Shown here piece after piece: positions 13,556-22,622 of a stretch of DNA of 64,000 bases (position 1 is its first letter; the number at the start of each line of letters is the position of its first letter). The DNA is from Acidimicrobiales bacterium (GTDB taxonomy: Bacteria > Actinomycetota > Acidimicrobiia > Acidimicrobiales > SZUA-35): positions 1,727-65,726 of the forward strand of contig JAHDFH010000004.1 of assembly GCA_020628305.1 (NCBI GenBank). The letters are read 5' to 3'. A program made the translations under genes and the position numbers. The notes below the pieces were generated by a model that searched no databases, had not been told where the DNA came from, and was given only the letters and a program-made list of their open reading frames with translations.

Positions 13556-13569
13556 GTTTAACGTGAAAC
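13556..13569. promoter_or_regulatory. parS-like site (GTTTAACGTGAAAC, 13/14 to the GTTTCACGTGAAAC core)
   Basis: Sequence match to the conserved ParB-binding palindrome, 410 bp downstream of parB. Confidence 0.55.
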
Positions 13570-13954
13570 TTTACCTAGCGAGAGTTACTGTCGGGGCGTG
13601 GGAAGTTGTGGTAGGTAAACGGCGGTCAATCGGGTAAGTCCGTCTCATGGTGTGTTGTCATGGCGGTGGATCTTGCGCTCATGTGTGAAAAGTTGGGTTA
13701 GCGTCATTGACTGCTAGAAATGGCACCTACAAAGCGTTGTCTCTGTCCTCGTTGTGCTCGTCGGTTCACATTGTTCCACTCGCGTTTGTGGGTTGTGGCG
13801 GGTTACTTTGGTTGTGTTTGGGAATAGTCCTGGGTGTGTTCGGAACCATAAGGTGCACATCTGGTTGGAAAAGGATCCACCATTGGTAGTGGCGCGTGTG
13901 TTAGTGTCAGATCCTTGGTGCAAGATGGTATTGCAAGGTGAAGGAGTGGTTGAG

Positions 13955-14836
13955 ATGGGCTCGGTTGAAACCATACCCAATTCAGTTGTGGTCGGCATTG
14001 GCAAGGGGGGAAGTTGTAAGACGACGCTCTCAACACAATTAGCCGGCATTTGGTCCAGTGAGGGTAAACGTATCCTCCTGGCGGACCTGGATATGCAGGC
14101 TTCGGCCACAAAGGTAGTTGGGCTCGACCCGTCCCAACATGGCGACGGGCGTCATCTAATGGACTCGATTGCGTACGGAGATGAACTAGCAACGGTAAAG
14201 GCTAGAGACGGCCTAGATATTGTCGTAGCGGGGAGGCATACAAAGACTCTCTCTAATCATCTTGTTACAGCTGATACGGCAGCGGAGGCCTTCGCTCTGC
14301 CGTTTCAGAAGGCGGCACTGTCCGGCAAATACGACAGAATTGTGTTTGACCTACCACCGTCGGGATCCTCAAGGCTTGCTGACCTTGCAATGCAGACAGG
14401 CAAGTACCTACTAGTTCCCACTTCTAGCGGGGTTGACAATATTGAAGGACTAAGGGTGCTTGCATCAGAACTTGAGGAATTGGAGAGCAATATCGTACTA
14501 CTGGGTGTTGTTATGATGAAGATTGGGGCCGGAGCCCCCCGAAAGCGGGCTGAGACGAGGCAGCAAGTGTCTGAGATTCTCGCTGGGGTAGCGGATCCGT
14601 TTCAAACCATTATTCGCGACGCCGGCGCTGCCTATGATGACTCTCGCAAAGCCAGCTTGTTCTTACACGAGTACGCAGAATGGGCTACCACAGTCTCGGT
14701 AGCTAGCCAGATTAAGTCCAAGATCCGAATACCGGGCAACCTCGCGGATCTAGCTAGGGAGTTCTATGAGCTTGCAGATGAAGTCGATGATCGCATCGCT
14801 AAAGCCGACGAGTTACTAGGAGGCGGAGATGTCTGA
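13955..14836 (+). CDS. Second, divergent ParA/MinD-family ATPase (plasmid/ICE-type partition ATPase)
   Basis: Deviant Walker A GIGKGGSCKTTLS, LLADLDMQ, VFDLPPSG. I prefer ATG 13955, preceded by AAGGAG at 13941-13946, over the ORF-track start 13754. Confidence 0.85.
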   Translation: MGSVETIPNSVVVGIGKGGSCKTTLSTQLAGIWSSEGKRILLADLDMQASATKVVGLDPSQHGDGRHLMDSIAYGDELATVKARDGLDIVVAGRHTKTLSNHLVTADTAAEAFALPFQKAALSGKYDRIVFDLPPSGSSRLADLAMQTGKYLLVPTSSGVDNIEGLRVLASELEELESNIVLLGVVMMKIGAGAPRKRAETRQQVSEILAGVADPFQTIIRDAGAAYDDSRKASLFLHEYAEWATTVSVASQIKSKIRIPGNLADLAREFYELADEVDDRIAKADELLGGGDV

Positions 14837-15440
14837 AAAAACTCTTAAGGGAGCAAGAGGGCTCAACTCCATCGCCGATCCAGCTAGTTTTAGGGGAGCG
14901 ACACGCAGATCAGAACGCTCGTCTAAGGCAGCTGATGAGAGTTCCTCAAAGCCAGCACCTGTTGTCGACCTCGTAGAGGCCAAGGTAGCTAGCCCGATCA
15001 GTAACACTCAAGAAATGGGCACCAAAGCGGGGGAGAGGAAGCAAGCTGCGAGCAATCACGAAGCCCTGAAGAGTGCTCCGAGCTCCACAGTTAGCCAGCC
15101 TCAACGTTCTCGCCGCGAGTTAACCGTGCCGTATAAAATCCATGACCTGCTTGAAGCTACTATGCAAAACGCAACGGATGTTGTTATGCGAGCAGTGCGC
15201 AACCACGGTGAAGAGATTATGGCAGGGGATTACGCCAGAGGAATAGACAAGGGGCGCAAGCGTTTGCGGATTACCATGTCTGATGAGCAATTTGCAAAGA
15301 TAGCAAAGATTGGGCGAAGTCGGGGCTGGAACCAGTCCGAGACAGTAGCTGTCCTTTTGTTTGCAGAGCTTGGACAGACAGAGCTTCAAAAAGCGGAAAG
15401 AAGGGGAGAGGAAACGAACCTCTCACCCTTCCCCATTTAG
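14829..15440 (+). CDS. Hypothetical partner of the second ParA: disordered basic N-terminus and a C-terminal ribbon-helix-helix-like segment
   Basis: 8-nt overlap with the ParA-like gene. C-terminus KRLRITMSDEQFAKIAKIGRSRGWNQSETVAVLLFAEL fits a beta-alpha-alpha (RHH/ParG/MobC-like) pattern. Function is inferred. Confidence 0.55.
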   Translation: MSEKTLKGARGLNSIADPASFRGATRRSERSSKAADESSSKPAPVVDLVEAKVASPISNTQEMGTKAGERKQAASNHEALKSAPSSTVSQPQRSRRELTVPYKIHDLLEATMQNATDVVMRAVRNHGEEIMAGDYARGIDKGRKRLRITMSDEQFAKIAKIGRSRGWNQSETVAVLLFAELGQTELQKAERRGEETNLSPFPI

Positions 15441-15446
15441 TTTCAC

Positions 15447-15779
15447 CTATAGGCCTAGATCAGCAAGAAGTTCTTCTTTGCCCTTAGCCCCAACGATAGT
15501 TTTTTCTATCTCGCCGTCTTTAAAGAGCAGCATCGTGGGAATAGATCTAACGCTATAGCGCATAGCCAAGTCCTGGTTCTCATCTACATTCACTTTTGCG
15601 ATCTTGATAGATCCGGCATTCTCATTAGCGATCTCTTCCAGCACTGGTGCAACAGCCCTACACGGCCCGCACCATTCGGCCCAGAAGTCAACAAGGACAG
15701 GCTCTGATGAGTTGTTTATTGTTTCGTCAAAGTCATTGACGCTCAAGTTGGCAATGTTCTCAGCCATAGTATTCTCCAC
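15447..15779 (-). CDS. trxA: Thioredoxin
   Basis: 110 aa, WAEWCGPCR active site. Confidence 0.95.
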   Translation of the reverse strand: MENTMAENIANLSVNDFDETINNSSEPVLVDFWAEWCGPCRAVAPVLEEIANENAGSIKIAKVNVDENQDLAMRYSVRSIPTMLLFKDGEIEKTIVGAKGKEELLADLGL

Positions 15780-15841
15780 TCTTTCGATACATCTATAACA
15801 GCAGATAAGGCTAGCTTATTCCAGGGGAGCTGTTGTACAGT

Positions 15842-16804
15842 TTAATGAACATTCGCTTCGAGCCAGCGTTCTGCATCTATCGCAGCGACGCAGCCGGAGC
15901 CGGAAGCAGTAATTGCTTGGCGGTAAGTCTTGTCTTGAACGTCGCCACAGGCGAAAACGCCCTCAACACTCGTGTAGCTAGAGGGTGATTTCGTGACGAT
16001 ATAGCCTTCTTCGTCTGTGTCTAACTGGCCTTCGAAGATAGTTGTATTGGGCTTGTGGCCAATTGCTACGAACAGGCCAGTGACTGGCAACACTTGAGAC
16101 TCATCTGTCTGATTGTTTCTAACAGTTACGCCCTCAAGGGCTGCATCTCCCTCGTAGCTAACTACTTCTGAATTCCAGAGAAACTCTATCTTGGGATTAT
16201 TAAGCGCCCGGTCTTGCATGATCTTTGAAGCCCGAAGAGAGTCTCTTCGGTGAATGATCGTGACCTTACTAGCAAACTTGGTTAAGAAGGATGCTTCCTC
16301 CATTGCAGAGTCACCACCACCGACTACTGCTATCTCTTGATCTTTGAAGAAGAACCCATCACAAGTAGCGCAGGTCGAAACGCCTTTGCCGATTAATTCT
16401 GTCTCACGGTCCAGTCCTAGCATTAGAGCCTTCGCTCCAGTAGAGACAATGACACTTTCCGAAATGTGAGTAGGAGCACCGCTCGTGTCAGACCCGACCC
16501 ACACTTTGAACGGGCGCTCAGAGAAATCTACTTTGGTCGCCTTGACGGTTTCTATGTCAGTTCCGAAGCGCTCCGCTTGTTTGCGGAAGGAACTCATCAG
16601 TTCAGGGCCCATGATGCCACTCGGAAATCCAGGAAAGTTCTCTACTTCTGTCGTCAACATTAGCTGCCCCCCAGGTTGATCGCCTGTAGAAGAAGGTTCT
16701 CCCTCTAGCATTACGGGGTCCAACGAAGCTCTGGCGGTGTAAATAGCTGCAGTAAGTCCAGCTGGTCCGCTTCCGATGATAAGTACGTCGCTCTTTTTAG
16801 TCAT
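15842..16804 (-). CDS. trxB: Thioredoxin-disulfide reductase
   Basis: GSGPAG FAD motif, CATCDG redox centre, GGGDSA NADPH motif. Start chosen at MTKKSDVLIIG (ATG 16804), which overlaps the upstream gene stop (ATGACTAA). Confidence 0.94.
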   Translation of the reverse strand: MTKKSDVLIIGSGPAGLTAAIYTARASLDPVMLEGEPSSTGDQPGGQLMLTTEVENFPGFPSGIMGPELMSSFRKQAERFGTDIETVKATKVDFSERPFKVWVGSDTSGAPTHISESVIVSTGAKALMLGLDRETELIGKGVSTCATCDGFFFKDQEIAVVGGGDSAMEEASFLTKFASKVTIIHRRDSLRASKIMQDRALNNPKIEFLWNSEVVSYEGDAALEGVTVRNNQTDESQVLPVTGLFVAIGHKPNTTIFEGQLDTDEEGYIVTKSPSSYTSVEGVFACGDVQDKTYRQAITASGSGCVAAIDAERWLEANVH

Positions 16805-17171
16805 TATTTTTGATCTTTGGTTCTTTCTTACGCCATAGGAACGTGCCAATTAGCAGGAACAGGCCTCCAACGATGAAGTAAGCCAACCAGGGCTCACCTT
16901 CGCCGACGAAGGAAAATTCAGAAGTAGCTGTGACAAGAAATCTCAGCAGGAGTATTAACCCTATTACCAACGCAATAATTCCAACAAAGGCTGCGGCGAT
17001 AAGGTAAACGGCGTACCGAGAAGCTACTAGAGCCGGTCCAGTCGTCTTAGCTCGTACGGTGTCGACGTAGCCAACCACCATGTTTGATGCTTTTTGTGGC
17101 CAGTCGGATCGTGAAGAAGTGGTCTCTTCGGTAGCGCTAGAATCATCCATAGGTGTTGTAAAGCTTAGCAA
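16797..17171 (-). CDS. Small membrane protein (2-3 TM), unknown function
   Basis: 124 aa with hydrophobic segments YAVYLIAAAFVGIIALVIGLILLL and WLAYFIVGGLFLLIGTFLW; translationally coupled to trxB. Confidence 0.6.
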   Translation of the reverse strand: MLSFTTPMDDSSATEETTSSRSDWPQKASNMVVGYVDTVRAKTTGPALVASRYAVYLIAAAFVGIIALVIGLILLLRFLVTATSEFSFVGEGEPWLAYFIVGGLFLLIGTFLWRKKEPKIKNND

Positions 17172-17206
17172 CCTGTGGTTGTAACTAAGCCGATGACCGC
17201 TAAATC

Positions 17207-18637
17207 CTAGCTGATGTAGATTTCTCTGATAGCAAGTGGCTCCTGAACTTCGCCTACATCAAAGGAGACAACTATGAACTTGTATGTCGCGGATGTGACT
17301 TCGCTGGAGATATTTGCTTGAGCTGTCACAGTTTGATCGGGTGAGTCGATGGTTGAACCTTCTTCGTACAGACCAATATCGAAACTAGCTTCCGCATCGC
17401 TTGCTAACACTGCAATGTTGTCAACCGTTCTAGATTCAGTTAGCTCTATAGCTAGCGCTGTTATGGTGTCGTCTTCTACAACCCAGGCTGTTTCTGTGTC
17501 TTCATCCAGAGATCGGTAGGCTTCTGTGTCAGCAAGGTAAGTCCCGTCTTGCAGTAAGACTACATGTTCTGATTTTGCAAGATCTACCTCATCTGTGTTC
17601 AGATCAGCAAGAGCTCCTAAGAGCCCGATGATTGCAAAAATAAGAGCGATGAGGAAGATGGACCCGCCAAATAGAAGCCATGCAGGGGAGCCGTTAGGTG
17701 CGATGGAACGTTCAGAGTCATCGATAGCTGAGTGATAGTTCAGTTGCTTTGTTTCAATCTTTGCATCGCTGATGGTTTCTGCGTTGAGTACTTCGTTGGC
17801 GTCAATTTCTGCCAACGCATCAGCAAACTCCTCGGCGGTTTGATAGCGATTGTCTGGCTTCTTGTGGAGCGCTTTGGCAAAGAACTCATCGAGGCGATCC
17901 TCTCTGAGTTCAGGAGCAACGCCAGAAAGCGCCGGTGCTGGCTTTTGGAGTCTGAGTAGTGCTGTTGCAGCTTCATTATCTGCAACGAAGGGAGCTATGC
18001 CAGCTAGTGCCTCGTACATAACAACGGCTAGAGAGTAAAGATCAGATCTTCCATCCGTAACATCGCCAGTTACCTGTTCAGGCGAAAGGTATTTGGCCGT
18101 CCCGAGAAGCATTCCTGTAGCTGTGAGGTCGCTATCTGCAATCGTCTTAGCAATGCCGAAATCGGTCAGAACGCTAGTTGAGTTTTCCTGAAGCATGATG
18201 TTGGCTGGTTTGATATCGCGGTGGACAATTCCTTCGTCATGAGCAACGGCGATTCCGTTGGCTAATTCAGAACCAAGTTTGATGACTTCATCAACTGACA
18301 CGGTGCCAACTTTGTCAAGATGATCTCGCAAGCTTATCCCATCGATGTAATCCATGATGATTACGTGCGTGTCGCCAATGTCAAGATCATCCTTGATTGA
18401 GACGATCGCTGGATGGTCAAGCTTTTTAGCTGCCTGCGCTTCCCTAACGAAACGAGCTTTAAACTTTTCGTCTTGAGCCAGATGGGGGTGTAGAACTTTT
18501 ACGGCTACTGATTCGTCGGCTTGTTGGTCATTTGCGACCCAGACCTGGGCCATTCCGCCGTTGGCTACCACTTGCATCAGTTCATAATGGTCGCCTAGAA
18601 CACTCCCAACTTTCAACGTGTCCCCGCCTGAACCCAT
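17207..18637 (-). CDS. Transmembrane Ser/Thr protein kinase with a C-terminal extracytoplasmic domain
   Basis: Hanks motifs VAVKVL, HRDIKPANIM, DFGIA, SPEQ; single TM (WLLFGGSIFLIALIFAIIGLLGA); no PASTA repeats seen. Confidence 0.9.
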   Translation of the reverse strand: MGSGGDTLKVGSVLGDHYELMQVVANGGMAQVWVANDQQADESVAVKVLHPHLAQDEKFKARFVREAQAAKKLDHPAIVSIKDDLDIGDTHVIIMDYIDGISLRDHLDKVGTVSVDEVIKLGSELANGIAVAHDEGIVHRDIKPANIMLQENSTSVLTDFGIAKTIADSDLTATGMLLGTAKYLSPEQVTGDVTDGRSDLYSLAVVMYEALAGIAPFVADNEAATALLRLQKPAPALSGVAPELREDRLDEFFAKALHKKPDNRYQTAEEFADALAEIDANEVLNAETISDAKIETKQLNYHSAIDDSERSIAPNGSPAWLLFGGSIFLIALIFAIIGLLGALADLNTDEVDLAKSEHVVLLQDGTYLADTEAYRSLDEDTETAWVVEDDTITALAIELTESRTVDNIAVLASDAEASFDIGLYEEGSTIDSPDQTVTAQANISSEVTSATYKFIVVSFDVGEVQEPLAIREIYIS

Positions 18638-18665
18638 AGCTACCTCGACTTGTTGCCTATTTCAA

Positions 18666-20399
18666 TTATAGACGCTGTGGAGTCTTTGTGGGTTTCGTCA
18701 AATCTATGTGTGGCTCCAGCAGCTTTTTTCGCTCTTTTCGGGTCGAGATGACCCACCAGGACGCTAGAGACAACAAAGCAAGTACAGACAAGGCTGTTCC
18801 CATTCCTGGGAAAGCCGTGGAGCGTACAGTCATTTCCGATTCGGACAATACTATTGACCCGTCTTGGGTTGTTAGGGCAATGCCCAGGGCAGAGTTTCCG
18901 AGCGCTCTCAGTTCGAGATCAACGTCAACTAAGTTAGTTCCTGGTTGCAGCAATATATCTCTCACAGGGTCAGCAATGGTTGCTTTGTCAGCATCAAGCA
19001 CAAGTCTTACCTGTCTAGGTTCTTGTGCAGCGTTGATCAATGTAATGGGAATGGTTGCTTCGGTTGCCGCTACGTTCAGCCCTTGGCCAGGGGCAACACT
19101 GGTCAGTGCCAGATCAGATTCAAGAGCCGCAGCTAGGGCCGACATCTCCAGTTGCTGCGATCCGTCATTTACGAGTAATGCATAGCGGTTTGCGTACTCG
19201 AATGCTTGAGAAGAGGTGGCTGATCCTAATGTAAAATAGCTGTTGAGTAGCTGGGTTACTCGAATATCCTGACTGCTGGCGAGCGGTGTGGTCGATTCTG
19301 TTTGAGAGTCGATACTGATCAGGTCCTCCGGCAGTTCGAGGGTGTCTAACCGGGTGAAGTTGATGGTGCTTTGACTCAAGAGCAGTCGTAGTGCTTGAAT
19401 ATCTTCTAACCTGCTAGCGACCAAAACTGTAGCGAGTGAGTCACTCATGTCAGCCCTGAAAGCAGCAGCAGTTACATGTTGGGAGGAGTTGAGTTCGGTT
19501 TCCAGCGAAGGTGTTGTGAGGACCCATCGTGTTGCTGGAGTAGTGTACAACTGAGTGGAGCTAGAGATTGCTAAAAGTCTTGTTCGCTGTAACCGGCCAA
19601 GGGTTTCTGCTGCTGAAGCCCCCGGGTCGGCTTCAAAGAAAGTGGCGTCATTTATATAGCTAATGCCTTCGTTGTTGAGCCACTGGCCAAAATTCTCAAG
19701 AAGCGATCCAAAAAGAAAGTCTTGGGTGGCTGAGGGCAGTGAATCAATCTCAGGTTCAAGGCTGTGGTAAACGATTACAGCTGTAGTTGTCGAATCTTTG
19801 AGAGAAGCGGTCAATTCTGAATCGAGGGCCAACTCTTTCAAAGTCGCTGGGTTAAGTGCCAAATGAATAGGAGCATCAGATTCGGCCACAAACTCAAGTG
19901 CTTCAGACAGTGTGTCAACGTCTGGTTGAAGCACCAAGATCGTAGAAGTAGGAGTTGAGTTATTCACGACGTTTATGTAACTCGTTGTTGACGTAAGAAC
20001 TTGGCTATCTGTAATTAGATCAAGTTGAATTGGATAGCTTCCTGGTCCTGGTAGAAGTGTTCCTTGCGTACTGGATGTCCCCGGTGAGCGGAGCTGAAGA
20101 CTCCACGAAACGCTGTTGATGTTTTGAGCAGGTGTCAAAGTAATGTCTTGAAGCTTGTGCAGGGGGCCACCTTGGCTATTAGTGCTGCTTGAGATTGCTT
20201 CAAAGATCGTGACGTCTATCTCAAAGTCGTCCAGATTGTTTGGCACAGAGAGCTCGAGTTGAAATGTGGCGTCAGCTTCAACTTCGACATCTTGTTTAGT
20301 AATAACAATTGTAGCTCCCTGGGCGGAAGCGCTCGTCGTGGACAGAGCAAGCGAAGCAAGCACAAGGCATAAAAAATTCAAGTATCTGAGTTTTGCCAC
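18666..20399 (-). CDS. Large secreted/anchored protein of unknown function (signal peptide plus C-terminal TM)
   Basis: N-terminal signal LVLASLALSTTSASAQG, C-terminal TM ALSVLALLSLASWWVI followed by basic residues. The position matches the conserved unknown gene next to the cca/mviN region in other Actinobacteria (from memory, not verified). Confidence 0.6.
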   Translation of the reverse strand: MAKLRYLNFLCLVLASLALSTTSASAQGATIVITKQDVEVEADATFQLELSVPNNLDDFEIDVTIFEAISSSTNSQGGPLHKLQDITLTPAQNINSVSWSLQLRSPGTSSTQGTLLPGPGSYPIQLDLITDSQVLTSTTSYINVVNNSTPTSTILVLQPDVDTLSEALEFVAESDAPIHLALNPATLKELALDSELTASLKDSTTTAVIVYHSLEPEIDSLPSATQDFLFGSLLENFGQWLNNEGISYINDATFFEADPGASAAETLGRLQRTRLLAISSSTQLYTTPATRWVLTTPSLETELNSSQHVTAAAFRADMSDSLATVLVASRLEDIQALRLLLSQSTINFTRLDTLELPEDLISIDSQTESTTPLASSQDIRVTQLLNSYFTLGSATSSQAFEYANRYALLVNDGSQQLEMSALAAALESDLALTSVAPGQGLNVAATEATIPITLINAAQEPRQVRLVLDADKATIADPVRDILLQPGTNLVDVDLELRALGNSALGIALTTQDGSIVLSESEMTVRSTAFPGMGTALSVLALLSLASWWVISTRKERKKLLEPHIDLTKPTKTPQRL

Positions 20400-21106
20400 T
20401 TCAGTACCAGCAGTCTTTCATTTTCCAGCGAGAAACCCAACTTTGAATACAGCGCCAGGGCTGCTTCGTTGTGGAGTTGAGTATTAACCATAGCAATGGA
20501 AGCACCCCTGCGTCTCAGCCAGCGCATACTATCTTCAACGAGTGCAGCACCAATGCCTTGTCTGGTATGGCTAGGACTCACCGCAAGTCTTTGCAAATAC
20601 CCTGTCGAGCCTATTAGTCCCGTTACCGCATAGCCTGAGATGATGCCATCCGAAACAGCAACTCGAGTGATCTTTACATTCGTGGCGTTCTTTGCCGAGT
20701 TGAGTGCATGCAAATCAAACTGCCAAAACTTGTCGAAACACTGGCGGTCGATTTCAATCAATCGGCGATCGTGCCAGGGTCTTGCAGAACGTATTATCTG
20801 AGTACTATGTGCCTCGGATCGTTCAGCGACAGGCGCTGATAGTAGATACAGCTGCTCCAAACATTCGAAGCCGTTCGCAACAAGATTGTCAGTCTCGTTT
20901 TCTCTCATGGCTGAGGTAACTATGTCGCTGATGCCAAGCTGCTGAAGTAAAGCTATGGTTTCTTTCACCTGTTCAGAGCTTAGATAGTGAGGTTTAGGCC
21001 TGAGAAGGATTGTGTCAGAGTCTTGCCTCCAAGGTGAGGCATAGAAGTGTTTGATCTGTCGAAGTTTGTATCGATGACCTAGGCTAAATACTTCCACCCA
21101 GGCCAT
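20378..21106 (-). CDS. GNAT-family N-acetyltransferase
   Basis: Acetyl-CoA motif LQRLAVSPSHTRQGIGAALV and ...N..A..LY.K.GF. Start set to MAWVEV (21106) to avoid overlapping the divergent cca start; start uncertain. Confidence 0.75.
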   Translation of the reverse strand: MAWVEVFSLGHRYKLRQIKHFYASPWRQDSDTILLRPKPHYLSSEQVKETIALLQQLGISDIVTSAMRENETDNLVANGFECLEQLYLLSAPVAERSEAHSTQIIRSARPWHDRRLIEIDRQCFDKFWQFDLHALNSAKNATNVKITRVAVSDGIISGYAVTGLIGSTGYLQRLAVSPSHTRQGIGAALVEDSMRWLRRRGASIAMVNTQLHNEAALALYSKLGFSLENERLLVLKWQNSDT

Positions 21107-21178
21107 AATAGACAAGCTCAACGTCGTGCTCCTGATTACCGTCGAAGTAACTGTTGTGGACTCGGGTAACATTTGTAA

Positions 21179-22444
21179 ATGGAGACGGCTGCAGGTCGAG
21201 TATTGAAACACTTGGCTGAACAACTAACTGAAGTGGCAGAAGTGTTTGCTGCTGCTGGCCATGAGCTATTTTTTGTTGGAGGCATAGTCAGAGATGCCCT
21301 AATGGGGGAGGCCACTCAAGGTGATGTTGATTTGACTACCAATGCCCGACCAGCCGAAATCAAAATGCTGCTCGAACCGTTGGCTACCGTGACATGGAAC
21401 CAAGGGGAGAAGTTTGGAACCATCGGAGGCAAGGTCGGAGGCTTTGATGTTGAGGTGACCACTTACCGTGGCGAAAACTATCAGGAGAATTCTCGCAACC
21501 CGGAAGTCCATTTTGGCGACTCCCTAGAAGAGGACCTAAAGAGACGCGATTTTTCTATAAATGCTATGGCCGTTAGTGTCGAGACACTCGAACTCGTTGA
21601 CCCGTTTCACGGCTTAGAGGATCTTCGATCCGCCACTCTCCGCACGCCATTTGATCCGCTGGTTTCGTTCACCGACGATCCTCTGCGAGTGTTACGAGCT
21701 GCTAGATTCGCCGCCCGGATGAATTTAGCTATCGATCCAGCATTGGCCGATGCTGCGGCACAGAGTAGTAGCCGTTTGTCGGTTGTTGCTACTGAACGAA
21801 TCGCAGGTGAACTGCTGAAGTTGCTTGCGACTGAAGATCCAACTATGGGCTTGCAGTTTCTTCTAGAAGTTGGCGCTTGGCGAAAAATATTTGGTTGGGA
21901 ATGGAACCAGGAGCAACTAAAGACGTTATGTGGATCGTTGGGTGAGCTAGATGCATCACAGCGGCTAGTGGCTGCTTTATATTTCTCTCCAGACCATGAA
22001 CAATCTTTGCAGCGCCTCAGTTTGTCATCCAGTGAGTCTAGACACGCAAGGACTGTGCTTCGATCTATTCAGCTGTTGAGAGATCGCACAGCAGACAAGC
22101 CTCTACTGCGGTCGCTCTTGGTGAGTAGCTCAAAAGGCCGCAAGGCTGGCTCCGCTATTGAGAGCAGTATGTTATCTGCAATCGGGGTGGGATTAGCCCT
22201 TAACCTTAGTGCAAGGCGATTTAGCAGGGCGAGGGACTTACTCTCGGAGATGAAATCTGATAACGAGTTGGATAACCTTACGCCCCCTATCTCAGGCACC
22301 GAGCTGATAACACGCTTCCAACTTCAAGAAGGCCCAGAAGTTGGAAGACTGCTCGGGCTTGTGCAAACTCAAATCATAGATAAAGGTCCGCTGCCTGTCT
22401 CTGAGGTTTGGCAGTACCTAGACGATGAGTTGAACAATAACTAG
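21179..22444 (+). CDS. cca: CCA tRNA nucleotidyltransferase / poly(A) polymerase family protein
   Basis: Class II NTase motifs FFVGGIVRDALMG, DVDLTT, RRDFSINAM, DPLRVLRAARF. Confidence 0.85.
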   Translation: METAAGRVLKHLAEQLTEVAEVFAAAGHELFFVGGIVRDALMGEATQGDVDLTTNARPAEIKMLLEPLATVTWNQGEKFGTIGGKVGGFDVEVTTYRGENYQENSRNPEVHFGDSLEEDLKRRDFSINAMAVSVETLELVDPFHGLEDLRSATLRTPFDPLVSFTDDPLRVLRAARFAARMNLAIDPALADAAAQSSSRLSVVATERIAGELLKLLATEDPTMGLQFLLEVGAWRKIFGWEWNQEQLKTLCGSLGELDASQRLVAALYFSPDHEQSLQRLSLSSSESRHARTVLRSIQLLRDRTADKPLLRSLLVSSSKGRKAGSAIESSMLSAIGVGLALNLSARRFSRARDLLSEMKSDNELDNLTPPISGTELITRFQLQEGPEVGRLLGLVQTQIIDKGPLPVSEVWQYLDDELNNN

Positions 22445-22622
22445 CTTTACTGGGTGATTTAACCTAAGCTCTTGGCAGTGAGTGTGTCATTTGTGTTGCC
22501 AGGAGTTGACCGTGAAGACCATATGGCCCATAAGTTCTATATCCTTGAGGTACATAAGCTCTTGGCGGAGTTAGCAGTGTAGGTGTTAAATATGTGTAGG
22601 CGATTTATCTACAGCAGGCGAA

